Shown here: positions 18,355-26,198 of the stretch, in pieces | Layout: each line of letters opens with the position of its first letter | How positions within the stretch are numbered: the stretch's first letter is position 1 | Made by a program: the position numbers and the translations under genes | Source: Candidatus Electrothrix sp. GW3-4 | GTDB taxonomy: Bacteria > Desulfobacterota > Desulfobulbia > Desulfobulbales > Desulfobulbaceae | DNA length: 32,000 nt | Assembly: GCF_037902255.1 (NCBI RefSeq) | Contig: NZ_CP147990.1 | Coordinates: forward strand, 2,640,001 to 2,672,000 | Direction: 5' to 3' | Notes under the pieces: generated by a model | What the model was told of the DNA's origin: nothing | What the model saw: the letters and a program-made list of their open reading frames with translations, nothing else | Database searches by the model: none

Positions 18355-20887
18355 ATGAGCGAACTTCCTGACAACGGACTCAATATCAGCAGACCGGTTG
18401 CTCTCTGGAACCGGGAGATCAAGGCGGAACCGCGCAAGCTCCTGCTCGGCATCGGCAAGATGCTGGTGGAAGGGGCAATGCTGGATTTCAGCGACGCTGC
18501 CAGTGCTGCTCTGGATACCTTAGACGCGGCGGGCCTGCGAAAGAACCCCGGCGAACTGGCTTGGCTGCTGATCTATCGCGCTCTGTCCGCCGCCTTGGTC
18601 GAGCTGGTAAAGAATTACGTTGATCTGTTCCGCAATCCGCCGAAAGAGGATGAGTTGGATAATATTTCCAGCCAGTTTGAACAGGCAATGGCAGAGGCGA
18701 ATGTCACTATTACCCTGAATTTCTTTGACCGGCCCGGTGACCTTTCCCTGCTCAGGAATCTGCACTCCCCCTTGACCGACTGGCTGCAAGGACTCGGAGC
18801 GACAAGCGCAGATGCAGAACAGATTGCCTGCCGTCTGCCGGATTATTTTATTTTTACCCTGCACCAGACCTGGCGCAAGGCCCCACAAGATTACGCCGCC
18901 CTGACCCAATATTTTGACAGCCCGTTCACCGAGGCGACAGAAGAGCTGCGGAACTGGCAGCTCTACGCCCAGCACCTGCAACGGCAGGTCAGCGACCGGA
19001 TGTTTGCCGAGGCATTTGGCGTGGATAAGGTCTATGTGCCGCTGCGGGCCTATTACGAGGAAAAGGAGCAGGGAGACGAGCGCGGGCAGGCTCTGGAACT
19101 GCAACGGGACCAGGTCAAGCGGATCGTGGTGGATCTGGAAGCCAAGTTCCGCAGCTGGGTAAATAACTTCAGGAAAGAAACCGCTGTCCGCTTCATCAGC
19201 GGTGGGCCGGGGTCAGGCAAGTCCACCTTTGCCAAGATCTTTGCCGCCAAAATCGCCAAGGAAACCGATATCCCCTGCCTGTACATTCCTCTCCATCTCT
19301 TTGCTGCCACGGACAACCTGATCCCGGCAATGGAGAACCATATCCGTAACAATCCGTTCCTGTCCGGCAATCCGCTGGATGCCAAGACAGGCAAAGACCG
19401 CCTGCTCATTATCTTTGATGGCCTGGACGAACTGGCTTTGCAGGGCAAGGCCGCCTCGGAGGTGGCCAACTCTTTTGTTGATGAGGTGCTGCGTCGCATT
19501 CTGGAGGGCAACAGTTTTGGCAACCAACGGCAGGTCATCATCACCGGGCGCACCATTGCTGTGCAGTCCGTGGCAACCAAACTGCGTGAAGCCAAGCAAA
19601 TCAGCTCTGTGCTGCCCTATTTTGTCGAGGAAGAGGAACGGAAAGAATTTCATGACCCGGACGAACTGCTGGCCGAGGATCAGCGGCAGATCTGGTGGCG
19701 GCAATACGGCGAGGCTGCGGGCAAAGACTATGCGGGCCTGCCTGCGGAGCTGGATCGCAAACATCTTGCCGAGATCACGGCCCAGCCCCTGCTCAATTAC
19801 TTGGTTGCCCTCAGCTATGACGGCAAGACCTTCACCTTTACCGACGAAACCACCCTGAATCAGATCTATGCCCACCTTATCAAGAAAGTGTACTGCCGTC
19901 AGTACGAAGAGGGCGGTCGGATCAGTGCTTGCGCCGGTGATTTGCAGGAGAGCGAGTTTCTTCGAGTGCTGGAGGAAATCGCCTTGGCTGTCTGGCACGG
20001 GGATGGGCGCACCGCCACGGTTTCGAGTATTCAAGAAAAATTCAAGGCAGGCGGAAAACCGCCAGGAAGGTGATCCTACCTTTGAGTTCACCCATAAGAG
20101 CTTTGGGGAGTACCTGACCGCCCTGCGGATTATCCGCCTCTTGCGCCAGATGCAGAAGCAGCGCAGGCGGAGGCAGGAAGACCCGGATGATGGGTGGTCG
20201 GAAAAGGAGGCCTTGCGGCATTGGACTTCCTTTTGTGCGATCACATATATGGATGAAGACCTTCTGCGTTTCATCAGCAATGAATTCCAAACTATGACGC
20301 AGGAGAATCTACTTGCCTTACAGTCTATGGTTCGTAACTTGTTGAGCTACACTATCAATCAGGGTCTGCCCTTTCCTGATGAATTTCTTGGCAAAGGTTT
20401 TAAGGAGCATCTGCGCTTGGCCCGGAATGCAGAAGAGGCCTTGCTGGCTGTGCATTTTTACATTGCGGAGCTGACCAAGCAGGTTTCAAGATTGGAGTTG
20501 GCATCAGATATAGCCTTCGGGAATTGGATTTCTCGGGTGAGGGGGATGCATGCCTATCCAAGCTGGTTAGGGCACTTGGATTTATCCGGCTATGATCTTT
20601 CGGCCCAGAATTTTATTGCGGCAAACTTTGCCATGTCTCATTTTAATAAAGCAAACTTGTCTTATTCAATTTTTCTACTCGCAAACTTGAGAGGGGTGAA
20701 GCTGGAAAAGGCGCGACTTATAAGAGCTAATTTGATAGGTGCAAACCTTGTAGGAGCCAATTTCAAGGGTGCAAACCTTAGTTTGGCTGATTTGCGAGGT
20801 GCAAAGCTGGAAGTGGCAAATTTGGATGGAGCCAATTTAGATGGTGCCATTTTCACAGGCACCATTCTGGAAAACAAGGATTCGTAG
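18355..20887 (+). pseudogene. NACHT/STAND P-loop NTPase with C-terminal pentapeptide-repeat domain, split into two overlapping ORFs by a +1 frameshift (18355..20073 frame 1; homology resumes in frame 2 at about 20072 and runs to 20887)
   Basis: Walker A ISGGPGSGKST (19201-19227). Walker B LLIIFDGLDEL (19402-19431). The NACHT-type block TFEFTHKSFGEYLTA is readable only in frame 2, just after the frame-1 TGA (20071-20073). About 19 pentapeptide units occur at 20573-20860 (ANLIGANLVGANFKGANLSLADLRGAKLEVANLDGANLDGAIF). The N-terminal ~270 aa are helical with no effector domain I recognise. An AAGGA SD lies 8 nt upstream, and the gene starts 30 nt after menG. Confidence 0.75.
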
Positions 20888-20930
20888 GGACACGGCGTGC
20901 CGTGCCCGGTGTTGAAACACCGGGCTATTA
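20884..20930 (+). terminator. REP-like GTAG hairpin plus a second perfect hairpin immediately after the NACHT-PPR stop (possible terminator; weak T-tract)
   Basis: GTAG-GGACACGGCGTGCCGTGCCC (imperfect palindrome, 20884-20907) overlaps GCCCGGTGTT-ga-AACACCGGGC (perfect 10-bp stem, 20904-20925), which is followed by TATTATC. Confidence 0.4.
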
Positions 20931-20982
20931 TCGGCAGTCCCTCCGGGACGCTGTGCATCTTTTGATGCAGGGCCTGCCGGGT

Positions 20983-21276
20983 AGAAGAGGAATGCTCTGG
21001 AAAGCGGGACAATCCGCCTTCGGGGCCGGAGAAACCCCACCTCTTCGGGAAAATAACCCGATGGAACAGGGCAAAAAGCCCCTGCATCGGGCAGAAATGG
21101 TCTTGGAGCGGGAGAAGGCCAGCCTGAAGCAGGCAGAAATGCTTCTGAAGTGGTATAAAACGACGCTGCAGGAGGAGAAAGTGGTTCTGGAGCGGTAAAA
21201 ATGCTTCTGTAACGGGAGAAAATGCGTTTGCAGCAGGAAAAAACGGCTCTGTAGTGGGAGAAAATTATTCTGCAGT
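20983..21276 (+). repeat. degenerate tandem array with 21-nt period: 9 clear units (21088-21276) and about 5 weaker upstream units
   Basis: Units read off the sequence: CGGGCAGAAATGGTCTTGGAG / CGGGAGAAGGCCAGCCTGAAG / CAGGCAGAAATGCTTCTGAAG / TGGTATAAAACGACGCTGCAG / GAGGAGAAAGTGGTTCTGGAG / CGGTAAAAATGCTTCTGTAAC / GGGAGAAAATGCGTTTGCAGC / AGGAAAAAACGGCTCTGTAGT / GGGAGAAAATTATTCTGCAGT. The consensus is roughly GGGAGAAAATGnTTCTGnAG. A 1-nt register slip occurs near 21193. Confidence 0.8.
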
Positions 21277-21361
21277 ACGTTTCTCTGATTTCCCCCCGGT
21301 CCGGAACGATTTTTATCTGCTCGCGACGGAAAAATTCAGCTAATTAACCGAATAGCAACCT

Positions 21362-22570
21362 ATGAAACAACCAGACATCCTCTCCCAAATAGCTCTCGGC
21401 GAAGACAGCACCCGGCAGTTCAAAGCGGATGTAAAAAACGTCGAATCCTTGGCCGCAGAGATGGCCGCTTTTGCCAACACCAACGGCGGCACCATCTTTA
21501 TCGGCGTGGCCGATGACGGCTCCACTCCCGGACTTTCGCAAAAGGATGTGAGCCGAATCAACCAGCTGATCAGCAATGCCGCCAGCCAAGGCGTTCGCAG
21601 TCCGCTGACTGTGGAAACCGAAAATCTGGCTTTGGAAAACAGTCGTCTTGTGATCGTGCTGCGGGTTCCCAAGGGAATCGACAAGCCCTATTTTGACAAG
21701 AACGGCATCATCTGGCTCAAAACAGGCTCAGATAAACGCCGGGTCAACTCCAAGGAGGAACTGCGCAGATTATTTCAGATTACTTCCCAGTTTCATGCCG
21801 ACGAACTCCCCACCAAAGCAGGCATCGACAAAGTAGACAAGCTCCGTTTCCGGGATTTCCTCCGGGATGTCTACGAAATCGAATACCCTGATTCCATCGA
21901 AAAACGAACCCGCCTGCTGCAAAATATGAATCTGACCACCGATGACGGAAACCTCAATCTGGGTGGATTGCTGATGTTTGGCGAACAACCGGAATTAATC
22001 ATGCCTCAATTTGTGGTCAAGGGCATCCGCTATCCCGGCAATGAAATTCACGCCTCAGACTACATGGACACCGAGGATTTTGTCGGCCCCCTGCCAAAGA
22101 TCTTCGCCGATGTCCTGGCCTTTATCATGCGCAATCTCCACAAAGTACAGGCCGGGCGGGGGGTGAATTCTCCAGGCATACCAGAGGTGCCCAAAACAGT
22201 CTTTGAAGAATTACTGGTCAATGCCCTGGTCCATCGAGATTATTTAGTCAGCGCGGCCATCCGGGTGTTTATCTATGACAACCGCATTGAAATCATCAGC
22301 CCAGGTCACCTGCCCAATAATCTGACCGTGGAAAAAATCCGTGCGGGCAACGCCAATATCCGCAATCCCATCCTGGTTTCCTACGCCGCCAAAGGGTTAC
22401 TGCCGTATCATGGCTTAGGCTCCGGCATCAAACGGGCCCTTTCCGCATGGTCAGATATTGAATTTCAGGATGATCATGAGGGCTGCCTGTTTACCGCAAT
22501 AATCTATCGGAAGCCATTAGAAGAGCTCAACGGGTCAAACGCAACCCAAATGAAGCAGGAAAAAAAATGA
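21362..22570 (+). CDS. AlbA_2 (Schlafen-like, divergent-AAA) domain protein with C-terminal HATPase_c_4 / RecG-C-like domain; putative nucleic-acid-binding regulator or ATPase
   Basis: 402 aa. N-terminus GEDSTRQFKADVKNVESLAAEMAAFANTNGGTIFIGVADDGSTPGL is the AlbA_2 signature. C-terminus FEELLVNALVHRDYLVSAAIRVFIYDNRIEIISPGHLPNNLTVEKIRAGNANIRNPIL is HATPase_c_4-like. The stop overlaps the ubiX ATG (ATGA at 22567-22570). No obvious SD. Confidence 0.85.
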   Translation: MKQPDILSQIALGEDSTRQFKADVKNVESLAAEMAAFANTNGGTIFIGVADDGSTPGLSQKDVSRINQLISNAASQGVRSPLTVETENLALENSRLVIVLRVPKGIDKPYFDKNGIIWLKTGSDKRRVNSKEELRRLFQITSQFHADELPTKAGIDKVDKLRFRDFLRDVYEIEYPDSIEKRTRLLQNMNLTTDDGNLNLGGLLMFGEQPELIMPQFVVKGIRYPGNEIHASDYMDTEDFVGPLPKIFADVLAFIMRNLHKVQAGRGVNSPGIPEVPKTVFEELLVNALVHRDYLVSAAIRVFIYDNRIEIISPGHLPNNLTVEKIRAGNANIRNPILVSYAAKGLLPYHGLGSGIKRALSAWSDIEFQDDHEGCLFTAIIYRKPLEELNGSNATQMKQEKK

Positions 22571-23154
22571 CCAACATGACAAATGGAAGCCCCCACCCAC
22601 AACGCCTCATCCTTGCCATCACCGGGGCCACCGGCATGCTCTATGTCACCGCCCTGCTCGACTTGCTCGCGGACCAGGACCTGGAGGTGGATGCAATCAT
22701 CTCCGATTCCGGCAAGAAGGTCCTCCGCCTGGAGCAGGACCTGACCCCGGAAGACCTGCCCGGTGTCAGCCGCTGGTTTGCTGCGGGCGACTTCACGGCC
22801 CCGCCCGCCTCGGGCTCGGCCCGTTACGAGGCCATGATCATCCTCCCCTGCACCGTGGGTACCCTGGGTGCCCTTGCCAGCGGTTTTTCCGGCAACCTGA
22901 TCCACCGGGCTGCGGACGTCACCCTCAAGGAACGACGCCCCCTGATCCTGGCGGTGCGCGAGACCCCGCTCAACCGCACCCATCTCCACAATATGCTGAC
23001 CCTCCATGATGCCGGGGCCACCATCTGCCCGCCCATGCCCTCTTTTTATCTCCACCCCCCTGACCTCCAGGTCATGGCCCGCCAGTTCGCCAGCCGCATC
23101 TGCGACCAAATTGGCCTCCATCTACAAGGAATGCCGCGCTGGCAGGGCGTTTGA
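22567..23154 (+). CDS. ubiX: UbiX-family flavin prenyltransferase (likely partner of the late futalosine-pathway decarboxylation step)
   Basis: 195 aa. RLILAITGATGMLY..., PCTVGTLGALASGFSGNLIHRAADVTLKERRPLILAVRETPL and LHDAGATICPPMPSFY are typical UbiX/Pad1 blocks. Confidence 0.9.
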   Translation: MTNMTNGSPHPQRLILAITGATGMLYVTALLDLLADQDLEVDAIISDSGKKVLRLEQDLTPEDLPGVSRWFAAGDFTAPPASGSARYEAMIILPCTVGTLGALASGFSGNLIHRAADVTLKERRPLILAVRETPLNRTHLHNMLTLHDAGATICPPMPSFYLHPPDLQVMARQFASRICDQIGLHLQGMPRWQGV

Positions 23155-23283
23155 GCTTGCCAGCACAGGTTATGTCCTGTTAGAATCCTGGCATAATCCA
23201 GCAGAAAGCAAGACCGAGACGACTTGCCGCAAGATATTGCATCTTACAGCAGGTCACGGAAACCAAAAAACAGGGAGAGGGCT

Positions 23284-24189
23284 ATGCGTTGGCAGGGAAG
23301 ACGAAAGAGCGAGAATATCGAAGACCGACGCAATATGCGGGTCTCCGGGGCAGGTGGCTTTGGTAACAACAGCAGCATGTTGCGCCTGCTGCCAATGGCG
23401 GTCAAATTCCTCGGCTTTAAGGGGACGGTTATCGCGGTCCTCTGCCTGGGTGCTTACGGTTTGTTTTCCGGGAATCTCGGGAGCATGTTGGCCCTCCTGG
23501 GACTCCAGCAAGGCCCATCCATCAGCACCTCCAGGGGACCAGTTCAAGAGACTGGGGCAGAAAAGGAGCTGGTTGATTTTATCTCCGTAATTCTCGCTGA
23601 TACCGAAACAACCTGGTCTGCCCTGTTCCAGCAAAAGGGAAAGGCCTACCAGGAGCCTCATCTGGTCCTCTTTCGCGATGCGGTGAAATCTGCCTGCGGC
23701 CTGGCCCAATCTGCCACTGGCCCCTTCTACTGTCCCGGTGACCAACAGGTCTATATCGACCTTTCCTTTTTCGACGAACTGAAAAATCGTTTCAAGGCAC
23801 CAGGCGACTTTGCCCAGGCCTATGTTATCACCCATGAGATCGGCCACCATGTGCAAAAACTGCTCGGCATCTCGGACAAGGTCCATTCGGCCCGGAAAAA
23901 AGTCGGCAAAAGGGAAAGCAACCAGCTTTCGGTCTTGCAGGAGCTCCAGGCCGACTGTTTTGCCGGTGTCTGGGCCTATCATAATCAGGACATGCTGGAA
24001 GCAGGAGATGTGGAAGAGGGCCTTGCTGCGGCCAGTGCCATTGGTGACGATCGCTTACAAAAACAGGCCAAAGGATATGTCAGCCCGGACTCCTTTACCC
24101 ACGGCAGTTCAGCCCAGCGGGTCCAGTGGTTCAAAACCGGTCTGACCAGCGGCAGGATGGAGAGCTGCAACACCTTCAGGAAGAACTAG
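23284..24189 (+). CDS. ypfJ: YpfJ-family putative neutral zinc metallopeptidase
   Basis: MRWQGRRKSENIEDRR N-terminus, one TM segment, and a HEIGHH zinc motif (ITHEIGHHVQ). Start moved to ATG 23284, which has a GGGAGAGGG SD. Confidence 0.85.
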   Translation: MRWQGRRKSENIEDRRNMRVSGAGGFGNNSSMLRLLPMAVKFLGFKGTVIAVLCLGAYGLFSGNLGSMLALLGLQQGPSISTSRGPVQETGAEKELVDFISVILADTETTWSALFQQKGKAYQEPHLVLFRDAVKSACGLAQSATGPFYCPGDQQVYIDLSFFDELKNRFKAPGDFAQAYVITHEIGHHVQKLLGISDKVHSARKKVGKRESNQLSVLQELQADCFAGVWAYHNQDMLEAGDVEEGLAAASAIGDDRLQKQAKGYVSPDSFTHGSSAQRVQWFKTGLTSGRMESCNTFRKN

Positions 24190-24408
24190 CTGCGCCTCAG
24201 AGCTGTATATCTCCACAAAGCAGCATCAGCCCGTTGCTCTGTTGCTCTTTGCTTGCTGCTCTTTAATTCTTCTTGCAAGGATACCGAAGTTTGCTATAGT
24301 TCGCCGCTCATATATTATGGAGCGGTTGAACTCCCCCCCAAGGGAGAGAAACTACTCTCATCAGCTCCGGTTATTCGCAGCAAAACGCTAACCCCAGGTT
24401 ATTCTCCT

Positions 24409-25224
24409 ATGACCATATCCTCAACAGAGACAGAACAACAAAAACAACAGCACGGCGCCCTTACCGTGGTCGGCACCGGACCCGGTGCTGAAGACCTCAT
24501 AACACCTCGTGCCCGCCAGGCCATTGAACAAGCCGAGGTGGTGGTGGGCTATAAGACCTATCTTGACCTCATCCGCCCCTGCATCTCGGCGGAACAGGAA
24601 GTGCTTTCCTCGGCCATGATGCAGGAAATCGACCGCTGCCGCCGGGCCCTGGAGCTCGCTGACAGCGGCAAGGCCGTGGTTCTGGTCTGCGGCGGGGATC
24701 CGGGCATCTACGCCATGGCTGGCCTGGTCTATGAACTGGTTCAGGACACGGGCAGTACCAGCAAAATTGAGATCATCCCCGGCATTGCTGCCCTCAATGC
24801 CTGTGCCGCCGTTCTGGGCGCGCCCCTGATGCATGATTTCGCGGCCATCAGCCTCTCTGACCTCATGACTCCCTGGGAGCTCATTGAAAAACGGCTTCAA
24901 GCAGCAGCAATGGCTGATTTTGTCACGGTGATCTATAATCCAAAATCGAAAAAAAGGGCCGAACAGATTGTTCGGGCTCAGGAAATCATGCTGGAACACC
25001 GCGACCCGCAGACCCCTGTGGGGATTGTTTCTGGGGCCAGCCGCGAGCATGAGTCGGTCTGCCTGACCACCCTGGGAGCAATGTTAGACCAAGAAATCGG
25101 GATGCAAACCACTGTCATCATCGGTAACGCTGCTACCTTTATCTTTGGTGACAAGATGGTCACTCCACGTGGATATTCGGCCAAGTACAGCCTTGATGAT
25201 AAAAAGGACAAAAAAGGAAGATAG
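24409..25224 (+). CDS. cbiH: precorrin-3B / cobalt-factor III C17-methyltransferase (CobJ/CbiH)
   Basis: LTVVGTGPGAEDLITPRARQAIEQAEVVVGYKTYLDLI, VVLVCGGDPGIYAMAG and DFAAISLSDLMTPWE match the tetrapyrrole methylase fold of CbiH type. Start set at ATG 24409 (MTISSTE); the track TTG start at 24253 is unlikely. Confidence 0.85.
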   Translation: MTISSTETEQQKQQHGALTVVGTGPGAEDLITPRARQAIEQAEVVVGYKTYLDLIRPCISAEQEVLSSAMMQEIDRCRRALELADSGKAVVLVCGGDPGIYAMAGLVYELVQDTGSTSKIEIIPGIAALNACAAVLGAPLMHDFAAISLSDLMTPWELIEKRLQAAAMADFVTVIYNPKSKKRAEQIVRAQEIMLEHRDPQTPVGIVSGASREHESVCLTTLGAMLDQEIGMQTTVIIGNAATFIFGDKMVTPRGYSAKYSLDDKKDKKGR

Positions 25225-25276
25225 AGAGGGAAGGAAAGAGCGCTATGATCCTCTGATCAAACAGCGCATTAAAAAA

Positions 25277-25306
25277 GGCCGGGGCAACAAATGCCCCGGC
25301 CTTTTT
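25277..25306. terminator. bidirectional intrinsic terminator between cbiH and the convergent BI-1 gene
   Basis: AAAAAA-GGCCGGGGCA-acaaa-TGCCCCGGCC-TTTTT: perfect 10-bp GC-rich stem flanked by an A-run and a T-run. Confidence 0.85.
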
Positions 25307-25346
25307 GGGTTAACGATTGAACCCGCCTGCAAACGAGACCTCAACC

Positions 25347-26060
25347 TTAGTCGCGCCCGCCGCCGAAGAAACGAAGGAGCATAAGAAACAGGTTAATGAA
25401 ATCCAGGTAAAGAGCCAAGGCTCCGATAATCGCTCCTTTCTGAACCACATCTCCACCCTGCTGCATAATACCCTGCTCGCCGATCTGCTTAATCTTCTGG
25501 ACATCATAGGCGGTCAGGCCGACAAAGACAATCACTCCGATACCAGAGATAGCCCAGTACAGGGTTGAGCTGCCGAGAAAAATATTCACCACTGAAGCGA
25601 TAATAATACCGATCAGTCCCATAAACATGAAGGAGCCCATGCCGGAAAGATCCTTTTTCGTCACCATGCCGTAAACAGACATGGCCCCGAACATTCCGGC
25701 TGTGGTCAGAAAGGCCCCGCCAATGGAGGCTCGGGTATAGGCGAGAAAAATCGTGGACAGGGTCAGCCCGTTCATTACTGCATAAGCCATGAACAAGCCT
25801 GTTGCAGTTCCGGCCTGTATTTTTTCAATACGGGCGGACAGATAAAACACCATGCCCAGCTCTGCTAAAATTAAAATTATAAAGGCCGGGCTTGTTGCGA
25901 TCTTCATGGCAAGGCCGGAGTTTGCCGTGAACCAAGCGACAATACCTGTCAAAGCCAGTCCACCTGCCATCCAATTAAAGACCTTGGCCAGGAATATCGT
26001 TGACGCCTCCTGCCGCGCCCTGGCATTCACTGCGGTAGTACTCGCATACTTTGTTTCCAT
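25347..26060 (-). CDS. Bax inhibitor-1/YccA-family membrane protein
   Basis: 237 aa from METKYAST (AGGAGA SD upstream). Seven predicted TM helices. The C-terminal GALALYLDFINLFLMLLRFFG block is typical of the BI-1/YccA family. Confidence 0.85.
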   Translation of the reverse strand: METKYASTTAVNARARQEASTIFLAKVFNWMAGGLALTGIVAWFTANSGLAMKIATSPAFIILILAELGMVFYLSARIEKIQAGTATGLFMAYAVMNGLTLSTIFLAYTRASIGGAFLTTAGMFGAMSVYGMVTKKDLSGMGSFMFMGLIGIIIASVVNIFLGSSTLYWAISGIGVIVFVGLTAYDVQKIKQIGEQGIMQQGGDVVQKGAIIGALALYLDFINLFLMLLRFFGGGRD

Positions 26061-26198
26061 ATTGTATAGTCTCCTGATAAAATTTAGAGGATTTACCACG
26101 TTGTGCCGCACACTCTATTGTCGGCTATACTTCAATTATATCTTTGATTACTGTAACCACTCTGTTGGAACAAGGCAAGAAATTCAGGAGAAAAGACT

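Noticed and set aside
19213-20280. 355-aa minus ORF
   Set aside because: It is antisense to the NACHT NTPase core, which carries Walker A/B on the plus strand. No motifs were found.
20902-21198. 98-aa plus ORF across the 21-nt array, including a possible 45-aa peptide from ATG 21061
   Set aside because: The GTG start lies inside the REP-like hairpin and has no SD. Its heptad pattern (hydrophobics at three consecutive positions) is not a coiled-coil a/d pattern. The nucleotide repeat also continues past its stop codon in a different register, so the ORF looks like a by-product of the repeat. It is kept only as a low-probability alternative.
20983-21276. CRISPR array interpretation of the tandem repeats
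   Set aside because: The units are contiguous with no unique spacers. The 21-nt period is shorter than CRISPR repeats, the repeats are degenerate, and there are no cas genes in the window.
18325-22570. Classical mobile element (integron, transposon or prophage remnant) as explanation for the insert
   Set aside because: No integrase, transposase, tRNA/attachment site or terminal inverted repeats are visible. Only a low-complexity 9-mer direct repeat and a REP-like hairpin are present, so no mobile_element feature is called.
24190-24408. Cobalamin riboswitch upstream of cbiH
   Set aside because: I looked for the B12 box (GCCACTG-type core) and the conserved GGTG...AA.TCC and AGGGAA elements. 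Only a loose AAGGGAGAGAA and small unrelated hairpins are present.
23254-25050. Minus ORFs 23254..23982 (242 aa) and 24421..25050 (209 aa)
   Set aside because: They are antisense to ypfJ (HEIGHH motif) and cbiH (tetrapyrrole methylase motifs). They are shadow ORFs.
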